A stretch of DNA of 63,644 nucleotides, the filler included, from Squatina squatina (Eukaryota): assembly GCA_031763465.1 (NCBI GenBank). It is 4 parts of 4 records of this genome, joined end to end, with 100 filler letters (N's around TTAATTAATTAA, not from the genome) between each part and the next. Parts side by side here need not be neighbours in the genome. Positions count along the whole stretch, not along the records: positions 33,301 to 49,847 come from JARFOE010000162.1; positions 49,948 to 63,644 come from JARFOE010000121.1; 2 more parts are not named here. One strand, 5' to 3'. Under the pieces are notes generated by a model. It saw only the letters and a program-made list of their open reading frames with translations. It was not told the DNA's origin and searched no databases. Within the stretch, counting starts at the first letter, position 1. Each line of letters opens with the position of its first letter. Below are positions 37,701-52,000 of the stretch, one piece after another. Both the position numbers and the translations under genes were made by a program.

Positions 37701-39504
37701 ACAATAAAATAAAGTTGAAGTAAAAGTAGGAGAGAGAATCTGGTAANNNNNNNNNNNNNNNNNNNNNNNNNNNNNNNNNNNNNNNNNNNNNNNNNNNNNN
37801 NNNNNNNNNNNNNNNNNNNNNNNNNNNNNNNNNNNNNNNNNNNNNNNNNNNNNNNNNNNNNNNNNNNNNNNNNNNNNNNNNNNNNNNNNNNNNNNNNNNN
37901 NNNNNNNNNNNNNNNNNNNNNNNNNNNNNNNNNNNNNNNNNNNNNNNNNNNNNNNNNNNNNNNNNNNNNNNNNNNNNNNNNNNNNNNNNNNNNNNNNNNN
38001 NNNNNNNNNNNNNNNNNNNNNNNNNNNNNNNNNNNNNNNNNNNNNNNNNNNNNNNNNNNNNNNNNNNNNNNNNNNNNNNNNNNNNNNNNNNNNNNNNNNN
38101 NNNNNNNNNNNNNNNNNNNNNNNNNNNNNNNNNNNNNNNNNNNNNNNNNNNNNNNNNNNNNNNNNNNNNNNNNNNNNNNNNNNNNNNNNNNNNNNNNNNN
38201 NNNNNNNNNNNNNNNNNNNNNNNNNNNNNNNNNNNNNNNNNNNNNNNNNNNNNNNNNNNNNNNNNNNNNNNNNNNNNNNNNNNNNNNNNNNNNNNNNNNN
38301 NNNNNNNNNNNNNNNNNNNNNNNNNNNNNNNNNNNNNNNNNNNNNNNNNNNNNNNNNNNNNNNNNNNNNNNNNNNNNNNNNNNNNNNNNNNNNNNNNNNN
38401 NNNNNNNNNNNNNNNNNNNNNNNNNNNNNNNNNNNNNNNNNNNNNNNNNNNNNNNNNNNNNNNNNNNNNNNNNNNNNNNNNNNNNNNNNNNNNNNNNNNN
38501 NNNNNNNNNNNNNNNNNNNNNNNNNNNNNNNNNNNNNNNNNNNNNNNNNNNNNNNNNNNNNNNNNNNNNNNNNNNNNNNNNNNNNNNNNNNNNNNNNNNN
38601 NNNNNNNNNNNNNNNNNNNNNNNNNNNNNNNNNNNNNNNNGGTGAAGTGTGGTGGTGATAGGTGAACTGGCAAAGTTCCTTAGACTTCCTAAATCTCCTG
38701 GAGCTTTAGAGCCCTTAAATGATTTACTGCATTCTAAACAAAACTAGAGTTTGCTTTTTTAAACTGTGCATTATTTTGGTCTTGAGATCTGACTGGACGA
38801 GTGAAATGACCCAAATAACCTGCCGAGCCTTTAGAGAATGGTGAATGTGATTTTCTTTTTAATAAGGTAGAGATTACAGGAGCCTGGGATGGAATGCCAA
38901 AATAGAAAGCCTTGCTCAGTAAAAGATCAAATTAAAAAAGGATAAACATGGATAGCCACTTGAAAGGAATGAGGCAAACAAAAGGATTCGGTGTTGAGCT
39001 GCAAAACAATACAAGCCATGGCTGTAAACTGAGAATACCAAGAGGTCGCCATTGAAAGGAAGTTCGTTGTCACATTCCTGCCACCAGCTCTGAAGGAGAA
39101 GGAGACGGTCAGCCCAGTGTAAATGCCCCAGCTAATCCTGGTAAACGGTGACAGCTCACACACGATCAGCCCACCTATTGAGGATTGTCAGGCCGTCCAC
39201 CAGTGAAGTGGAAGGTGAAGAGGTTGAGCTACACCACAGGTATCATCAACTTACCTTTCGAGTGGAAAAAGGGGCTTCTTCCACTTGACAAGGTGACTTA
39301 ATGCTCTTACATTCTCACAATAGATGCAGATTATTGGCTCACTGTAATGATCAGGGGGTTTACATTCCACATGCAGCCATTCTCGAAAATGGAAACCTAA
39401 AGTATTGCAGCCTTTCCCATTTAATCAACTGAAAACCTCTTATCAACTGTGTATTTTTACAGTCTGTGTTATAAGCAGCAGACATGGCTTCCTGCTGGCA
39501 ACTC

Positions 39505-40060
39505 ACTGATCACAGAATTTAACAGCACAGTGGGAGGCCTTTCGGCCCATCGTGCCTGTGCCAGCTTTTTGAAAGAGCTCTCCAATTAGTCCCACCCCCT
39601 GTTCTTTCCCCATAGCCCTGCAAATTTTTCCCCTTCAAGTATATATGCAATTACCTTTTGAAAGTCATTATTGAATCTGCTTCCACCACCCTTTCAAGCA
39701 GTGCATTCCAGATCATAAAAATTTGCTGCATAAAAATATATTTCTCCTCATCTCCCCTCTGGTTCTTTTGCCAATTATCTTAAATCTGTGTCCTCTGGTT
39801 ACCGACATCCTGCCAGTGGAAAAAGTTTCTACTTATTTACTCTATCAAAACCCCATATAATTTTGAATTACTCTATTAAATCTCCCGTTAACCTTCTCTG
39901 CTCCAAGGAGAACAATGCCACTTTCTCTAATCTCTCCATGTAACTGAACTCCCTCATCCCTGGTATCATTCTAGTAAATCTCCTCTGCCCCCTCTCCAAG
40001 ACCTTGACATCCTTCCTAAAGTACAATACCTAGAATTGAACACAATACTCCAGCTGAGTG
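39505..40060 (-). mobile_element. CR1 LINE 3' fragment
   Basis: aggcctttcggcccatcgtgcctgtgcc tail and atctgcttccaccaccctttcaagcagtgcattccaga; same family as 57515. Confidence 0.8.
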
Positions 40061-40779
40061 TTCCAGGAATAATCAGACAAAATCAAAGTGAAATCGCATG
40101 GGAGTTACCATGGCCTGTTTATATTTTGACCATTTTAGTGAGAGATTCAGGGCTGTTCTTGGAATGAGCTTAGGAAATGTATTTATCTGAAGAAGGCGGC
40201 AAACTGAAAGGAGCGTGCTTCAATTAGAGCCAAGGTACTTCTCTCTCGATACTAAAAAAAACAAACCACTTAAGAAAATTGATCTCTCAGAAAAACTAAC
40301 AGGCATCAGAAAGGGACGCCTGTAACCCAATACCTGGGATTAAGACCCTGTTGTTCCTGTCCAAATATCGCTCAATAGAAAGGACCTGCAGAGGTTTCTG
40401 GGTAAAAAAAAAGCTTTCTCAGCACAACCAAAACAAACACCTGATCAACTTACCTCACAGCCAAGCAACCAGCTGAGATAATAACTTGTTTTTCATCTGT
40501 GGAGGATTTACACACCTGCTAAACACCCCAACATGATCTCAGACCACATCTTAAACAGACACTAGGGGCAACCCATCATTTTTGTTTCAAGCACGCATCC
40601 AACAAGTTATTCCAGTTGTGATTCAGAGATCAATGTTCTTATAGCTCCTACCCACTTTCAACCAGTAAAATATTGCAGCAGCCATGAGCGTTAAGTGTGC
40701 GGCCTGACTTACACTGGCTGGAGTCCAGCACCTAGTGAAAGTTGAATCACTATACACCATCAGATAAAGTGTGCAAGTA

Positions 40780-41160
40780 GAAATTCATAGAAATACAAGT
40801 TACAACACAGGAGCTGGCCATTGGGGCAAGCAGTACATGTCTGTGTTTACCCTCCATGCACGCAAATAATTCTGATCACATTTACCCACTCTGTTCCCGT
40901 ATCTCTTCAACCCCTTTTCTTCATCCATCCATCCAATCTAATCTTGAATGTTGATATAGTTTCTGCCTCAACAACTAACCCTGGAAATGAATTCCACATC
41001 CTCACAACTTGCTGTGTGACAAGGTTTCTCCTGCCCTCAGTTCTAAATCTCTTCTATTTAATTGTGTATCTATGGTCCCTCAATTCTTGATCCTTCAACT
41101 ACTGGAAACAGTTTGCTTCTATCCACCTTATCTCCTTCTTTCATAATTTTAAACACTATC
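40780..41160 (-). mobile_element. Old CR1 3' fragment
   Basis: catagaaa tail and aattccacatcctcacaac...gtttctcct; CR1 C-terminal signature. Confidence 0.65.
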
Positions 41161-43034
41161 ATATTGCCCTGCAACATGCATAGTCAAATCTTGCATAGCA
41201 ACCAGAAACAAGGAATGGTCACTACCATTGACCCTCTATTCTGTTACCTAGCAGCCTATCTCAGCAATTGTGGGTTCAAAATGGTTGCTTGTTGTTCCTT
41301 AACTTTACAAGCAAAAAACCCCAAGAAGATTATTATATTTTAAATACCCGGGATGTCACTGATCTTGAGAAGGCAGGCTTGCACTTAAAACTGACCTCTC
41401 AAATTCCTCATATGCTCTACTTTCTCCTCAGCTAATTTTTCCAAATGCTATGGAATGAAAGGGACTTTTGAGAGAATATTTTCAGAGAGCTCCTTCAACA
41501 GAAGTCAGAAAATTATACTAAAGGCTGTGAATAATGAGAACTGGTCACAATTTTACTTTTATTCTCACTGGCGTGAAAGACTCATTCCAGGAACAGTGCA
41601 ATTGCCAACCAGATCTACAGAGTGAAGGAACATTGCTTCCTACAGATCAGGTTTTTCTGGCAGAGGTAAAATGTAACACAGTCCTCTTTGTATATGTTCC
41701 TTTGATTTTTCTTTTGGTGGACTTTTTCTTTAAATGAACCAACATCGAATTATTTACATTGGAGTATGTAATAATATTCTATCGATTTGATGGAGTTTCT
41801 TAAATATGAACATAAGAAAACGCGGAACTAGAAAGAAAATCACGCACATTTCCTTCATCTGGGCGGGCGGGGGAGGGGTGGTGGTGACTGGGTGTTGGGC
41901 AATAAGCCCATATTCTGCTCCATGATTTAAATACTGAGTGTCAGGTTTTGCTTGAGGTGAGACACCACACTTGGTGGCTGAAAGCTGACAGGCCTGTGTT
42001 TTGTCTATCACTTGGGTATTATGAGCTCCAGATTGTGTTTCTGAAGCTATGCCCATCATGTAGGGATAGCTTGTAGATCTTGTAACGATTGCCGTTTTTA
42101 CTGGAGGCCAACCGAAGAACATTGCACATAGCGGAAAGCCTGCTATAAAGTCCTGCAATCGTACCTTCGTCCGAGAACTCTTTTCCTGTTGAATTTCTGA
42201 ACGCATATGATATTACATAGGAACAGGAGGAGGCCATTCAGCCCCTCAAGCCTGTTCTGCCATTCAATAAGATCATGGCTGATCTGTACCTCAACTCCAT
42301 TCACCTGCCTTTGATCCAAATACCTTNNNNNNNNNNNNNNNNNNNNNNNNNNNNNNNNNNNNNNNNNNNNNNNNNNNNNNNNNNNNNNNNNNNNNNNNNN
42401 NNNNNNNNNNNNNNNNNNNNNNNNNNATTCTGAGTCTCACTGGCAATTCTTGGACTGAGGTTGTAAACCAATTGTCTGCAGCCTGCCAAAGATAATTACA
42501 TTATGATAGAAACACTTGAGCCATCTGTTTTCAGTTTGAATCCACACGACACTAATTCACTGCAATGTGAATTAATACCCAGTATTCTGTGCATTGTGCC
42601 ACAAAGATGCAGCAGTGCTGCGGTTTTATATTTCAGCTTGTCTCATCTGCTTTAAAATTAATGCAATCCAATAGGTTAATGTTTTCCAGGAATAGACCTG
42701 CATTGAAAACAAAGTTTCAGTTTGTTCTCTCCAGTCAATTGAAGACAAGTCAAGAAATGTTGTGCAAGATGTAGCATCTTCTTGTTAAACTAATATAGAG
42801 TTATCCTGGCTGCTACTAATCCTATCTGTCGTTTTGTCCTTACACATTTGGTTCAGTAAATGCATTCAGTTGCAAAATTGGAAAACAAAATGCATGAGTT
42901 GGTAAGTTATTTTGTCAAGATTAAGTGCAGCTGCTAACCGGGTTTGCACAATTCTTAAACAGAATGGATTCATAGTTGGAGCTGTTGGTGCTGTTCAAGA
43001 TATTGTCAACCCCTTGACTCACTGAAAAGCTTAG

Positions 43035-43478
43035 GGCGCCCAATTCGGGGTTTTTTTTGGCGATAAATTAGTGCTAAATCAGCGTTAAGTGCTTGATGCT
43101 GATTTAGGGCATTAAATTTAGCGGAGGAAAATTCAGTTCCGCAAAAAATGGCACTAAACGGGCGCAAACTTTGTAAGGCTGGAAACGTTCATTTTAGCGT
43201 TAGGTGGTCTCGATGACGCCATAACTGGGCACAACGCCCAAAATGGCCACCCGCAGCTGAAGTGGTCAAGCCTGGTGACACTTAAAAGTAGCGGTGTCAA
43301 CGCACTGTTTTTTGGGCGTTGACATGCTTGATCTGATGATTTCCAGCGCTATAGAAATCTCTGAAAGAGGACTTCAATTGACAGTTGGGCCTTCCCTGAT
43401 GCTCAAAACGGCTGCTTCTGAGCATTGCAGCCTCACCATGCCACTCTGAAAGTTAATGTAGCCGATTGCTGAGCACAC
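43035..43478 (+). mobile_element. Harbinger-like element end, related to 59158-60298
   Basis: ctcgatgacgccataactgggcacaacgcccaaaatggccacccgc resembles 59325-59370 ctcgatgtcatcatcagagggtgcagtgcccaaaatagctgcccgc; both share repeated gcgctaa/gcactaa motifs. Confidence 0.55.
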
Positions 43479-44809
43479 NNNNNNNNNNNNNNNNNNNNNN
43501 NNNNNNNNNNNNNNNNNNNNNNNNNNNNNNNNNNNNNNNNNNNNNNNNNNNNNNNNNNNNNNNNNNNNNNNNNNNNNNTAAGCCACATGTAGACCTCGTT
43601 TTCCTGAATGCAGCCAGCCTGGTGCCGGCTGTGTTGAGGCCAACCCAATCCTGCACAGGGGGCCTCAAACAGGCAAAGGGCCAAATACCAGTTCCAAATT
43701 ATTGAAAAGTAGGGCGTCGAAGCAGCAGTTCTTCCCCAATTCAACAGTTTGACAGAAATCGACCAAGAAAAGATTGAACCAAGGACTCCTGATCTGCATG
43801 GCTTAGCATCACAGTGGGTAGTGCATTTATCCACTGAACCATCAGGGAACTGTCTGACCCTATTTATGCAGCATAGCAATGCACTGGAAAAGACAAGTAG
43901 TCTAACTGCTGTCACTGTGGTTAATTGATCATGGGGAGTGCCTATAGATAAGCTGAATATGAACTTTGAACTAAAGAGCATTACATTTTATTGCAATTTT
44001 TCTTCAGTTACAACACATGCTCTGGTGGGCTTTGGTTTTACCACTTGGGGTTTGGCAGGTATCCTGTTCCAAGTGGGCTGAAGTGCACTCCAGATGCACA
44101 TTGGGCAACATATGAAGGAGCTGCTATTGACAGGCAAGACAGCTGCTGGCTAGGAACCGAGTTGAAGAATTTCTCCCTGTTTAGCCTCAGTGGGTGCGAG
44201 ATTTTCTCAGATTAGGCCTTCTTCCATAGCGTATCAATTCACAGTGTCTGATGCAGGTCTTCCTACTCCCACTTCAGTTAGTAGAATNNNNNNNNNNNNN
44301 NNNNNNNNNNNNNNNNNNNNNNNNNNNNNNNNNNNNNNNNNNNNNNNNNNNNNNNNNNNNNNNNNNNNNNNNNNNNNNNNNNNNNNNTCAGCTCAGAAGA
44401 GGTTAATGCTTTCTGTTTGGTATGTGGTTCTTGCACAGACTAATAATCCTCCTGATGCAATGGTTGTAATGTGAGTCTTGCAAAATTCCTACTCGCCACA
44501 TGAAGCAAAGCTGAGAATTAGACTGCACTAAAGTTCAGCAGCTAGGGCATTGAATTTATGCTCAAAGAAGCCTTTCGTGCCACAGGTGTCAACTTGAGAA
44601 GTTAACTATCTTCCTCTGAGGCATATCCCATATCCCCTAAGAGGTTTGCTATTAGGCATTAGAGATAATAGATTCCTCTACTTTCCCAGTCTGTGGACTG
44701 ATATACGTTAGTATTTCAAAGAGAGACTGCTTAACCACCAAGCAAACCTTGACTCAATTAGTTGCTGAGTACAGTCCATGGTACCAACAAAGAAGACGAG
44801 CAAACTCTC

Positions 44810-45067
44810 AACAACAACTTGCATTTCTATAGTGTCTTTAACACGGTAAAACATCCCAAGGTGCTTCACGGGAATGTTATGAAACAAAATTTGACACCGA
44901 TCCAGATAGACGATATATGGGTAAATGAACAAAAGCTTGGTTAAAGAGGTAGGTTTTAAAAGAGGAAAGAGAGATAGAGGGGTGGAGAGGTTTAGGGAGG
45001 AAATTCCAGAGCTTAGGGCCTCGGCAGCTAATGGTGGAGTGATCAAAATCGGGGATGTGCAAGAGGC
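44810..45067 (-). mobile_element. L2 LINE 3' end
   Basis: caacaacaacttgcatttctatag tail; minus translation GPKLWNFLPKPL..SFKTYLFNQAF. Confidence 0.8.
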
Positions 45068-48000
45068 NNNNNNNNNNNNNNNNNNNNNNNNNNNNNNNNN
45101 NNNNNNNNNNNNNNNNNNNNNNNNNNNNNNNNNNNNNNNNNNNNNNNNNNNNNNNNNNNNNNNNNNNTTTGGCAAGTCATGGACTTCTTACCCAACCTGA
45201 GTGAAATTATGCACAGCCAGACATGTAAAGGGTATTTAATTCCAGATACCCTTACTAACAGTCACCAAGTGCCTTTGAAATCTGACAAACGCTATAAACA
45301 AGAACCTTCCAATTAGACACTTTAATGTTTGCAACTACTGGGACAGATGTACAAAGTAAACTGCAGACCACGGTGTCCGATTTTCGCTCCAGTATGCAAA
45401 GCTCCCATGAAAGCACACAGCAATAGTTCAATTACAAGCTGTTTGTTCAGACTAATATAATTCAGTATACAAATAAGCAAACATTTTTACGTAGAATGAA
45501 ATCACTTTAGTTAATTGTTTGACAACAAACATTATGAGTTGGCTGAACTATGTTTGGAATTGCATTGAACACATTTGCATGACTTCTAAACTCCAAATCT
45601 TATTGCAATAACGGTAATGGCAGGATACGTTTGAAGTTGCTTCAAAGCTTAACATGTCGAGAAGAAATTCATCCCAGCCCTGTTAATCGTAAATATTTAT
45701 GAAATCCTCCATTAGATGCAAACTGACACAATGTTTAATCTTGCAACAAGGAATTATGTTAATCATAGACTGCATTCTTTCTTTAATTAAATTAGGGCCC
45801 GAAAACTTATTTTTTTCCTCCTTTGCCAATGGCCTGTTTGCAACACATGCTTAACTGGACTGCCGGCAGGAGTGAAACGGTTCTCATCCTTGCATATTTT
45901 ACAGATCAGCAGTGCAACTGTAGAAGAAATGTGCTGCAGTGTGTTCCAAGAGTGTAGCTAAGTTGTGGCATTTTGATCAACTCATAAAACCACAGGAGTG
46001 AAAATCAAGCATCTTATAAATACAACAGAACCCTCAGATTGTATTAGAGGTCTGGCACTCCCTCACAATTATGTTACTTTATATTGAATATATAAATTTA
46101 TTAGTGTGTTTTAAAGTAAGGTTTGCTATCTTGCTATTACAAGCAGACTCCCATGAGGCAGAGTGGTGGGACAAGGGTAGGGAAGTCAGTAGGGAAGCTT
46201 GAACTGAAGATGTGTTGCATAACACAACAGGCATAGTAAATTTACACCGTGTTTTTGTACCATATTTACTGCCTTATATATATATTCAGTATATATTGTA
46301 AGATTTGTCTTGTCCAAGTCTACCACGCTCCCCATAAAGGTGAGAATCTTTATTCAGAAAGCAAACAGGCCGAGCTTTCAAAAAATGTAAGATAAAGAAT
46401 CCAAATGCTGAAAACCTGGAAGAAAAACAGAAAGAACTTGACGTACACAGTAGGTCTAGCAGCATCTGGAAAAATGTTANNNNNNNNNNNNNNNNNNNNN
46501 NNNNNNNNNNNNNNNNNNNNNNNNNNNNNNNNNNNNNNNNNNNNNNNNNNNNNNNNNNNNNNNNNNNNNNNNNNNNNNNCAGCATAAAGTGGTAAACATT
46601 TTAATAAACACACAATGTATTCCGAATCACTGGAAAATGCACCAAAATACAAATCAAATATTTTGGAGGGAGCCAATTCCCCAGAGTCCCCTTAACAGAA
46701 ACTCATCCATGATGAACAGTATACCCACTTCTAAAATTGCCACTACACCACTGAGTTGAGATATTTAGATTATTGAGTGCACCACAAGAGGATTGACTTT
46801 GTTCTGAATATCAATCCTCAAACCATTTTGGTCCCAAAGGAAACAGAGTGCATCTCCTTTTTATTAATGCTTCAGAAAACCAGAATGAAGCCCAGTTGCA
46901 ATATACTGAGCGAACCATTAAACTGCTAGAATGTAGAAAGAATGTTTAGGCTGGTCTTTATGATCAAACGACTCCTTTGGTCTTGTTATTAAAAAGAAAA
47001 GGGATTGAACAGCCCTATGCACTAGATTATTTCAACTACAATGAATTGAATTTAGCTCCATGTCTGCATTTTACAAATATAAATTACCAATGCTAATAAC
47101 ATGTAATTGGCCATGTCATAATTTATAAGGTTGACGTTTTTTCATCACACTGAAAATTCTTTTACCAAAGGGCTGTAGCATATAATTATTATAATTCCCC
47201 AAAACTGTAATGCTGCTTGAAGTTAAACTAGGTCANNNNNNNNNNNNNNNNNNNNNNNNNNNNNNNNNNNNNNNNNNNNNNNNNNNNNNNNNNNNNNNNN
47301 NNNNNNNNNNNNNNNNNNNNNNNNNNNNNNNNNNNACAATCTCTCAGGCCTTTCTGGCCGGTTATCTTTAATAGTAAATACTCGGGTGAAATAAATACTG
47401 TACTTCTCCAAAAGAAATGCCACAACCACCAAGAAAATTAAAACAGATACTTACAGTTCTATAGATGGCATTATGATAAGCAATGTATCTCAGTGAATTT
47501 TTAGTGCCTTCTAGTAATATTGTGCTCCAAAGAATCTTCATAGTTAAAATGTCAAACTGAGAAATTTAAGAATGAAAACGCTGCAAGTTAATGATCAGGG
47601 AACAATTTCTCAAGTTGCATTAAATGATAGTTAAAAGAGTGGAAATTATAACTGTGCTGGTGAAGTCATTACATATTTGATGACACAATTTGGATGGTTT
47701 TTGTATTTTCCTGTGAGCAGCCAGAGATTATGCTTGAATCAGATAATTGAATTTTGTATTGGCTTATACTCAATGTGAAATGGCACTGTGTGTGAAGGTG
47801 TAATGAGGGTTGCATGAATTTGCAGCACAACTACCTCCTAGGGTGCCAGGATACAGATTTCTCCATGTGGAGGGACAGACATTTCACCCCACCCCCACAC
47901 CTCCTAAAAAAAAGTCCCATCTTTGGCCATGCCAACAGGGGAAGATATAAATCTAATGAATCACCCCAGGCCACTCTTGTGCACTTTCCAGAAGCTAGCT

Positions 48001-49847
48001 CAAGAGCAACATTGGCAGAGGCCTGCAAGCAGATTTTCTGCCAGGCCTCCAGGCCAAAGACTCATTTGCAGTTTGGGGGCCCAAAAAGGAAGCAAGAGAA
48101 GCTTTTTTTTTCCTGTTTCATTTAAAAATGAAAATAATGTGGAGTTCATCGATATTCATCACTGTGCAAGGGCAGAATTGCCAGGATTTATTAGTAAATT
48201 AAAGGTCCTGTTTCAGGAAAAATGGCAGAATCCCAAAACGACACCACCATTTTAAAGTTAGCAGCAGATGTAGTTTCCATCAACGTAATACATAATGCCA
48301 TTTTAAGCAATACACATCTTCATATTTGTTTCATTTTTTTTAATATAGTTTCCGGGCCTCCCCCAGCTCCCAGTCTTTTTTTTAATGGTCAACAGTAGGA
48401 GGTGCCCCTGCACAAGTCGCCTTTTGATTTCTCAGTCCTCTCCAGCCAACACTCCAGATCTCACCGTGGCTACGATGGACAACTTGTGCAGGGGCAAACC
48501 CACATCCGACCACTACAGAGCAACAATGGAGGTAAGGTCCAAGACACTGCCGGCTAGATACCACTGCTGCAAAAGCAAAAAATTGACAATTAAGTTTGCC
48601 TGTTAATTTACACAAAATTACTCATTTTGAAGCTTATTTCTACTGCAACGTTTAAAAGGGATGCAAACTATTTATTCAGCAACTCACTTCAAATTGGCCT
48701 GTTCGTTTGCCATTGCTCAGGTACTGTTTGTCAGTAAGTGGCCCCAAAAGCTGAACCTGTTGCCAATGAGAGGCTAATTGCCAAGTGAAGTTGCTGTAAG
48801 TTGTCTACAGCTTGTAAATATCTAGCTCCTGCTCTTGAGGAAAGGCCAGGTTGTCAAGTTCAGAAACGCCAACNNNNNNNNNNNNNNNNNNNNNNNNNNN
48901 NNNNNNNNNNNNNNNNNNNNNNNNNNNNNNNNNNNNNNNNNNNNNNNNNNNNNNNNNNNNNNNNNNNNNNNNNTAATGTGCTCCCAGGCATGGGTACAAC
49001 AAGCTTTATACCATGAACGAGCCTTTTTTGTTACTGAGTTTTGCCTCATAGAAAACAATCATTACCACAGTAAAGCTTAATATATACACATAATCTTGTT
49101 CATAATGGTCTATTTTTTCACAATATTAATCATGTACTGCAACAAACAGAAATAGCTGCATTAATCTTTGGCACTTCTTACATACCAAAGCTTTTGCATA
49201 GGCAACAAAATAAAGGATGATTTAATATTACCTTTCAGTAGACTTGCCTGGAAGGGGCTTTACCAAGTTTCTCAGATACTTTAATTGGGTTCTATATTTG
49301 TACAGTATACAATTGCACGTTGTCTGATTTACACTGTGGATTGCCTGAGTGCCAAGTGACATCATTTGAGCAATTCATTTCATACAGAAACATGCAGGGA
49401 AGTCCCATATGGACCTGTAAATTTAAAAGGTTGACGTTGTCAGGAAAGCTGTATACATGCATTAACACCAATCGCAAGAGTGAGGAGCATAAGGATTTAT
49501 AAAACATTGATAGATTCAGTGATAAACTACCGTGCATGAGAGAAATACTTTTTTTTTAAGAATGATATTAACATATCTTAACTGTGTAAATGAGTATGAC
49601 TTTCAGCAGGCCTGAAATAATGATTATGCTGTTTCATGAAATTAGCGTATCAACAGGCCATAAGACCAGAAGAAATAGGATTTTCAAAAGGTGTTCGACA
49701 AGGTGCCACACAAAAGGTTACTTCGCATTCGCCATTCGGCCTCTCAAGCCTGCTCTATCATTCAATAAGACTGATCCAACTTTCTTCAAGTCCACTTTCC
49801 CGCCCTATCCCCATAACCCTTGATTCCCTTACTGATTAAAAATCTAT

Positions 49848-49947
49848 NNNNNNNNNNNNNNNNNNNNNNNNNNNNNNNNNNNNNNNNNNNNTTAATTAAT
49901 TAANNNNNNNNNNNNNNNNNNNNNNNNNNNNNNNNNNNNNNNNNNNN
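49848..49947. other. Artificial scaffold-joining linker
   Basis: 44 N + TTAATTAATTAA (49892-49903) + 44 N. Confidence 0.92.
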
Positions 49948-50527
49948 CAGAGAATCGGTGATTTCTCCCAAAGATTATCTGCAGGCCGCCATGTCAATCT
50001 TCAGGCTTGGAGTACTTGTTTAGACCACTATCTGCAAAAAGCACATGCTCACTGCAGAAAGAGGAGTTTCTTTATCTGATGCTTTCTTTGTAAATACTAG
50101 TCTGTGTCACTGTAACTTTGGCTTCAAGTTACAGGCTGCTCCTGTGTGAGGATTACAGGCATCTCGCCATACACTGCACGATAATGGAAACCCCATGTGT
50201 CAGAGCCTTGGGCGGGAGCAGATTTACCTGTACAATCTCAACATGAACTGATTATTCAAAAAAGCAATTAATAGGTATCTTTGAAGAATACCCCACTTTG
50301 CCTCCTGGCTATATCGATTGCCCTCCGTTAATGTATAATCACCCTTACCCTTTGCACCCCTACTGATTAAACTCAAACTCCATTTGATTAGCCAAGCGAA
50401 ATGCAGTCATGTGCATCTTATGGGTTAAAGGGACACTCTCTTCGTGAAACAATGTTCAGAAATGTTATTTACTTGTTCTGTGCTGCTCTTTGAGAAGGTA
50501 GAAAAGCAGGGTTTTGTTTTTGTTATG

Positions 50528-50614
50528 GTGATGTTATGGGTATGGAAAGCGGTGATGTTACGGGTATGGAAAGCGGTGATGTTACGAGTATGGAAAGCGG
50601 TGATGTTACGGGTA
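50528..50614. repeat. 24-bp minisatellite running into a gap
   Basis: Unit ggtgatgttacgggtatggaaagc, about 3.6 copies. Confidence 0.9.
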
Positions 50615-51664
50615 NNNNNNNNNNNNNNNNNNNNNNNNNNNNNNNNNNNNNNNNNNNNNNNNNNNNNNNNNNNNNNNNNNNNNNNNNNNNNNNNNNNNNN
50701 NNNNNNNNNNNNNNATCCCCAGATGTGCGGCCTTAATTCAGTAGCTGTGCTCACTACGCTGGCTCCTGGATGAGGTTCTATTGACAGCCCTGATAGTATC
50801 TTCATGACCAAGATCTGACCTTTTCCATTGTCATGAGGCCCATTGGGAGCTGAGATTGGCAAGGATGTACTCTATGCTTTCACACTTCAATGGCTGTGAT
50901 CTGAAATCAGAATTAGTTCTGATAATTAACACTTAGCACAATTTCTCTATGCTCTTTTGGCAAGAGTCCATTACAATCCTGAAACAGGTGATAACAAGGA
51001 AGACTGACAGTTCTTAACAAACCAGAATACATTAGTCTAATGAGCTTCACATTACAAAAGCACACACATACACACGAAAAAGCCAGAAGCCTCTTTAACA
51101 ACTTCAAAAAGGATTTTGTCTGACAAGATGACACAAATGACTCTGCAGGAGAAAGCAAGTCTTTTCTTAAGGTCCTTAATTTGGAATTGTATTTTTTCGG
51201 TAGCTGCGCTGAACCTGGTGATGATTCTCATCTAAGGTGAGACTGCAGTGTAATGGTAACATCATTATCATGCCAACAGCATCTTATGTCTCTCAAGCCC
51301 GTGCTTCCCATTTACAGCAGTCAGCCTTCATAAGGTTCTTTGATATGCCACGACCTCTGATATTACGCAGGCTATTTGCTCAACCTCGTTACACATCAGT
51401 GTTTTGTTTTTGCTCTTTGAGCGCTGCACATATTTCAGGGTCACTGAAGCATGTTAGAAACTCGGTGAGGCACTGCCAGTGTGGCTCAGTCGGTGACAGT
51501 AGCACCCAGACTGTTAACTGGTCTGTAAGGAAGAGGAAGGGCTCCAAGTTCCATTCCTGGCCTGTAGTGAGTTAGCTCATCAATACAGTAGTGTAGTCGT
51601 TATTATACTTCACCAGCAAGTCAGAGGTTGTGAGTGCATCTTCCACATCATCAAGTGCAGGAAA

Positions 51665-52000
51665 AAAGAAAGTCTTGCATTTATATAGAAGCTTTCATGA
51701 CCTCAGGTCATCCCAAAAGCACTTTACAGCCAACTACTGTTGTAATGTAGGGAAACACGGCAGCCAGTTTGTGCACAGCAAGCTCCCAGAAACAATAATG
51801 AGATAAATGGCCTGATAATTTAGTGATTCTGGTTGAGGGATAAACATTGGCCAAGTCATCTCCCCTGCTCTTCGTCAAATAGTCCCATGGAATCTATAAC
51901 ATCCACCCGAGAGGGCACACGTGGCCTCGGTTTAACGTTTCATAGCATGCAACTCCCCCAGTCCTGGAACTGAAGTGGCAGCCTCGGTTTTGTGCTCAAG
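51665..52000 (-). mobile_element. DeuSINE (SacSINE1-like)
   Basis: Tail cttgcatttatatag and Deu-like catccacccgagagggcacacgtggcctcggtttaacgtt. Confidence 0.8.

Noticed and set aside
37672-38673. 333-aa ORF and other X-containing ORFs
   Set aside because: They are open only because they cross N gaps.
38927-39163. GGRNVTTNF resembling the piggyBac GRNVTTDNF motif
   Set aside because: A single short motif lacking the Asp, with no flanking similarity or TIRs.
41754-42237. 150-aa and 72-aa minus-strand ORFs
   Set aside because: No recognisable domain or convincing splice sites, and the start overlaps a CR1 tail.
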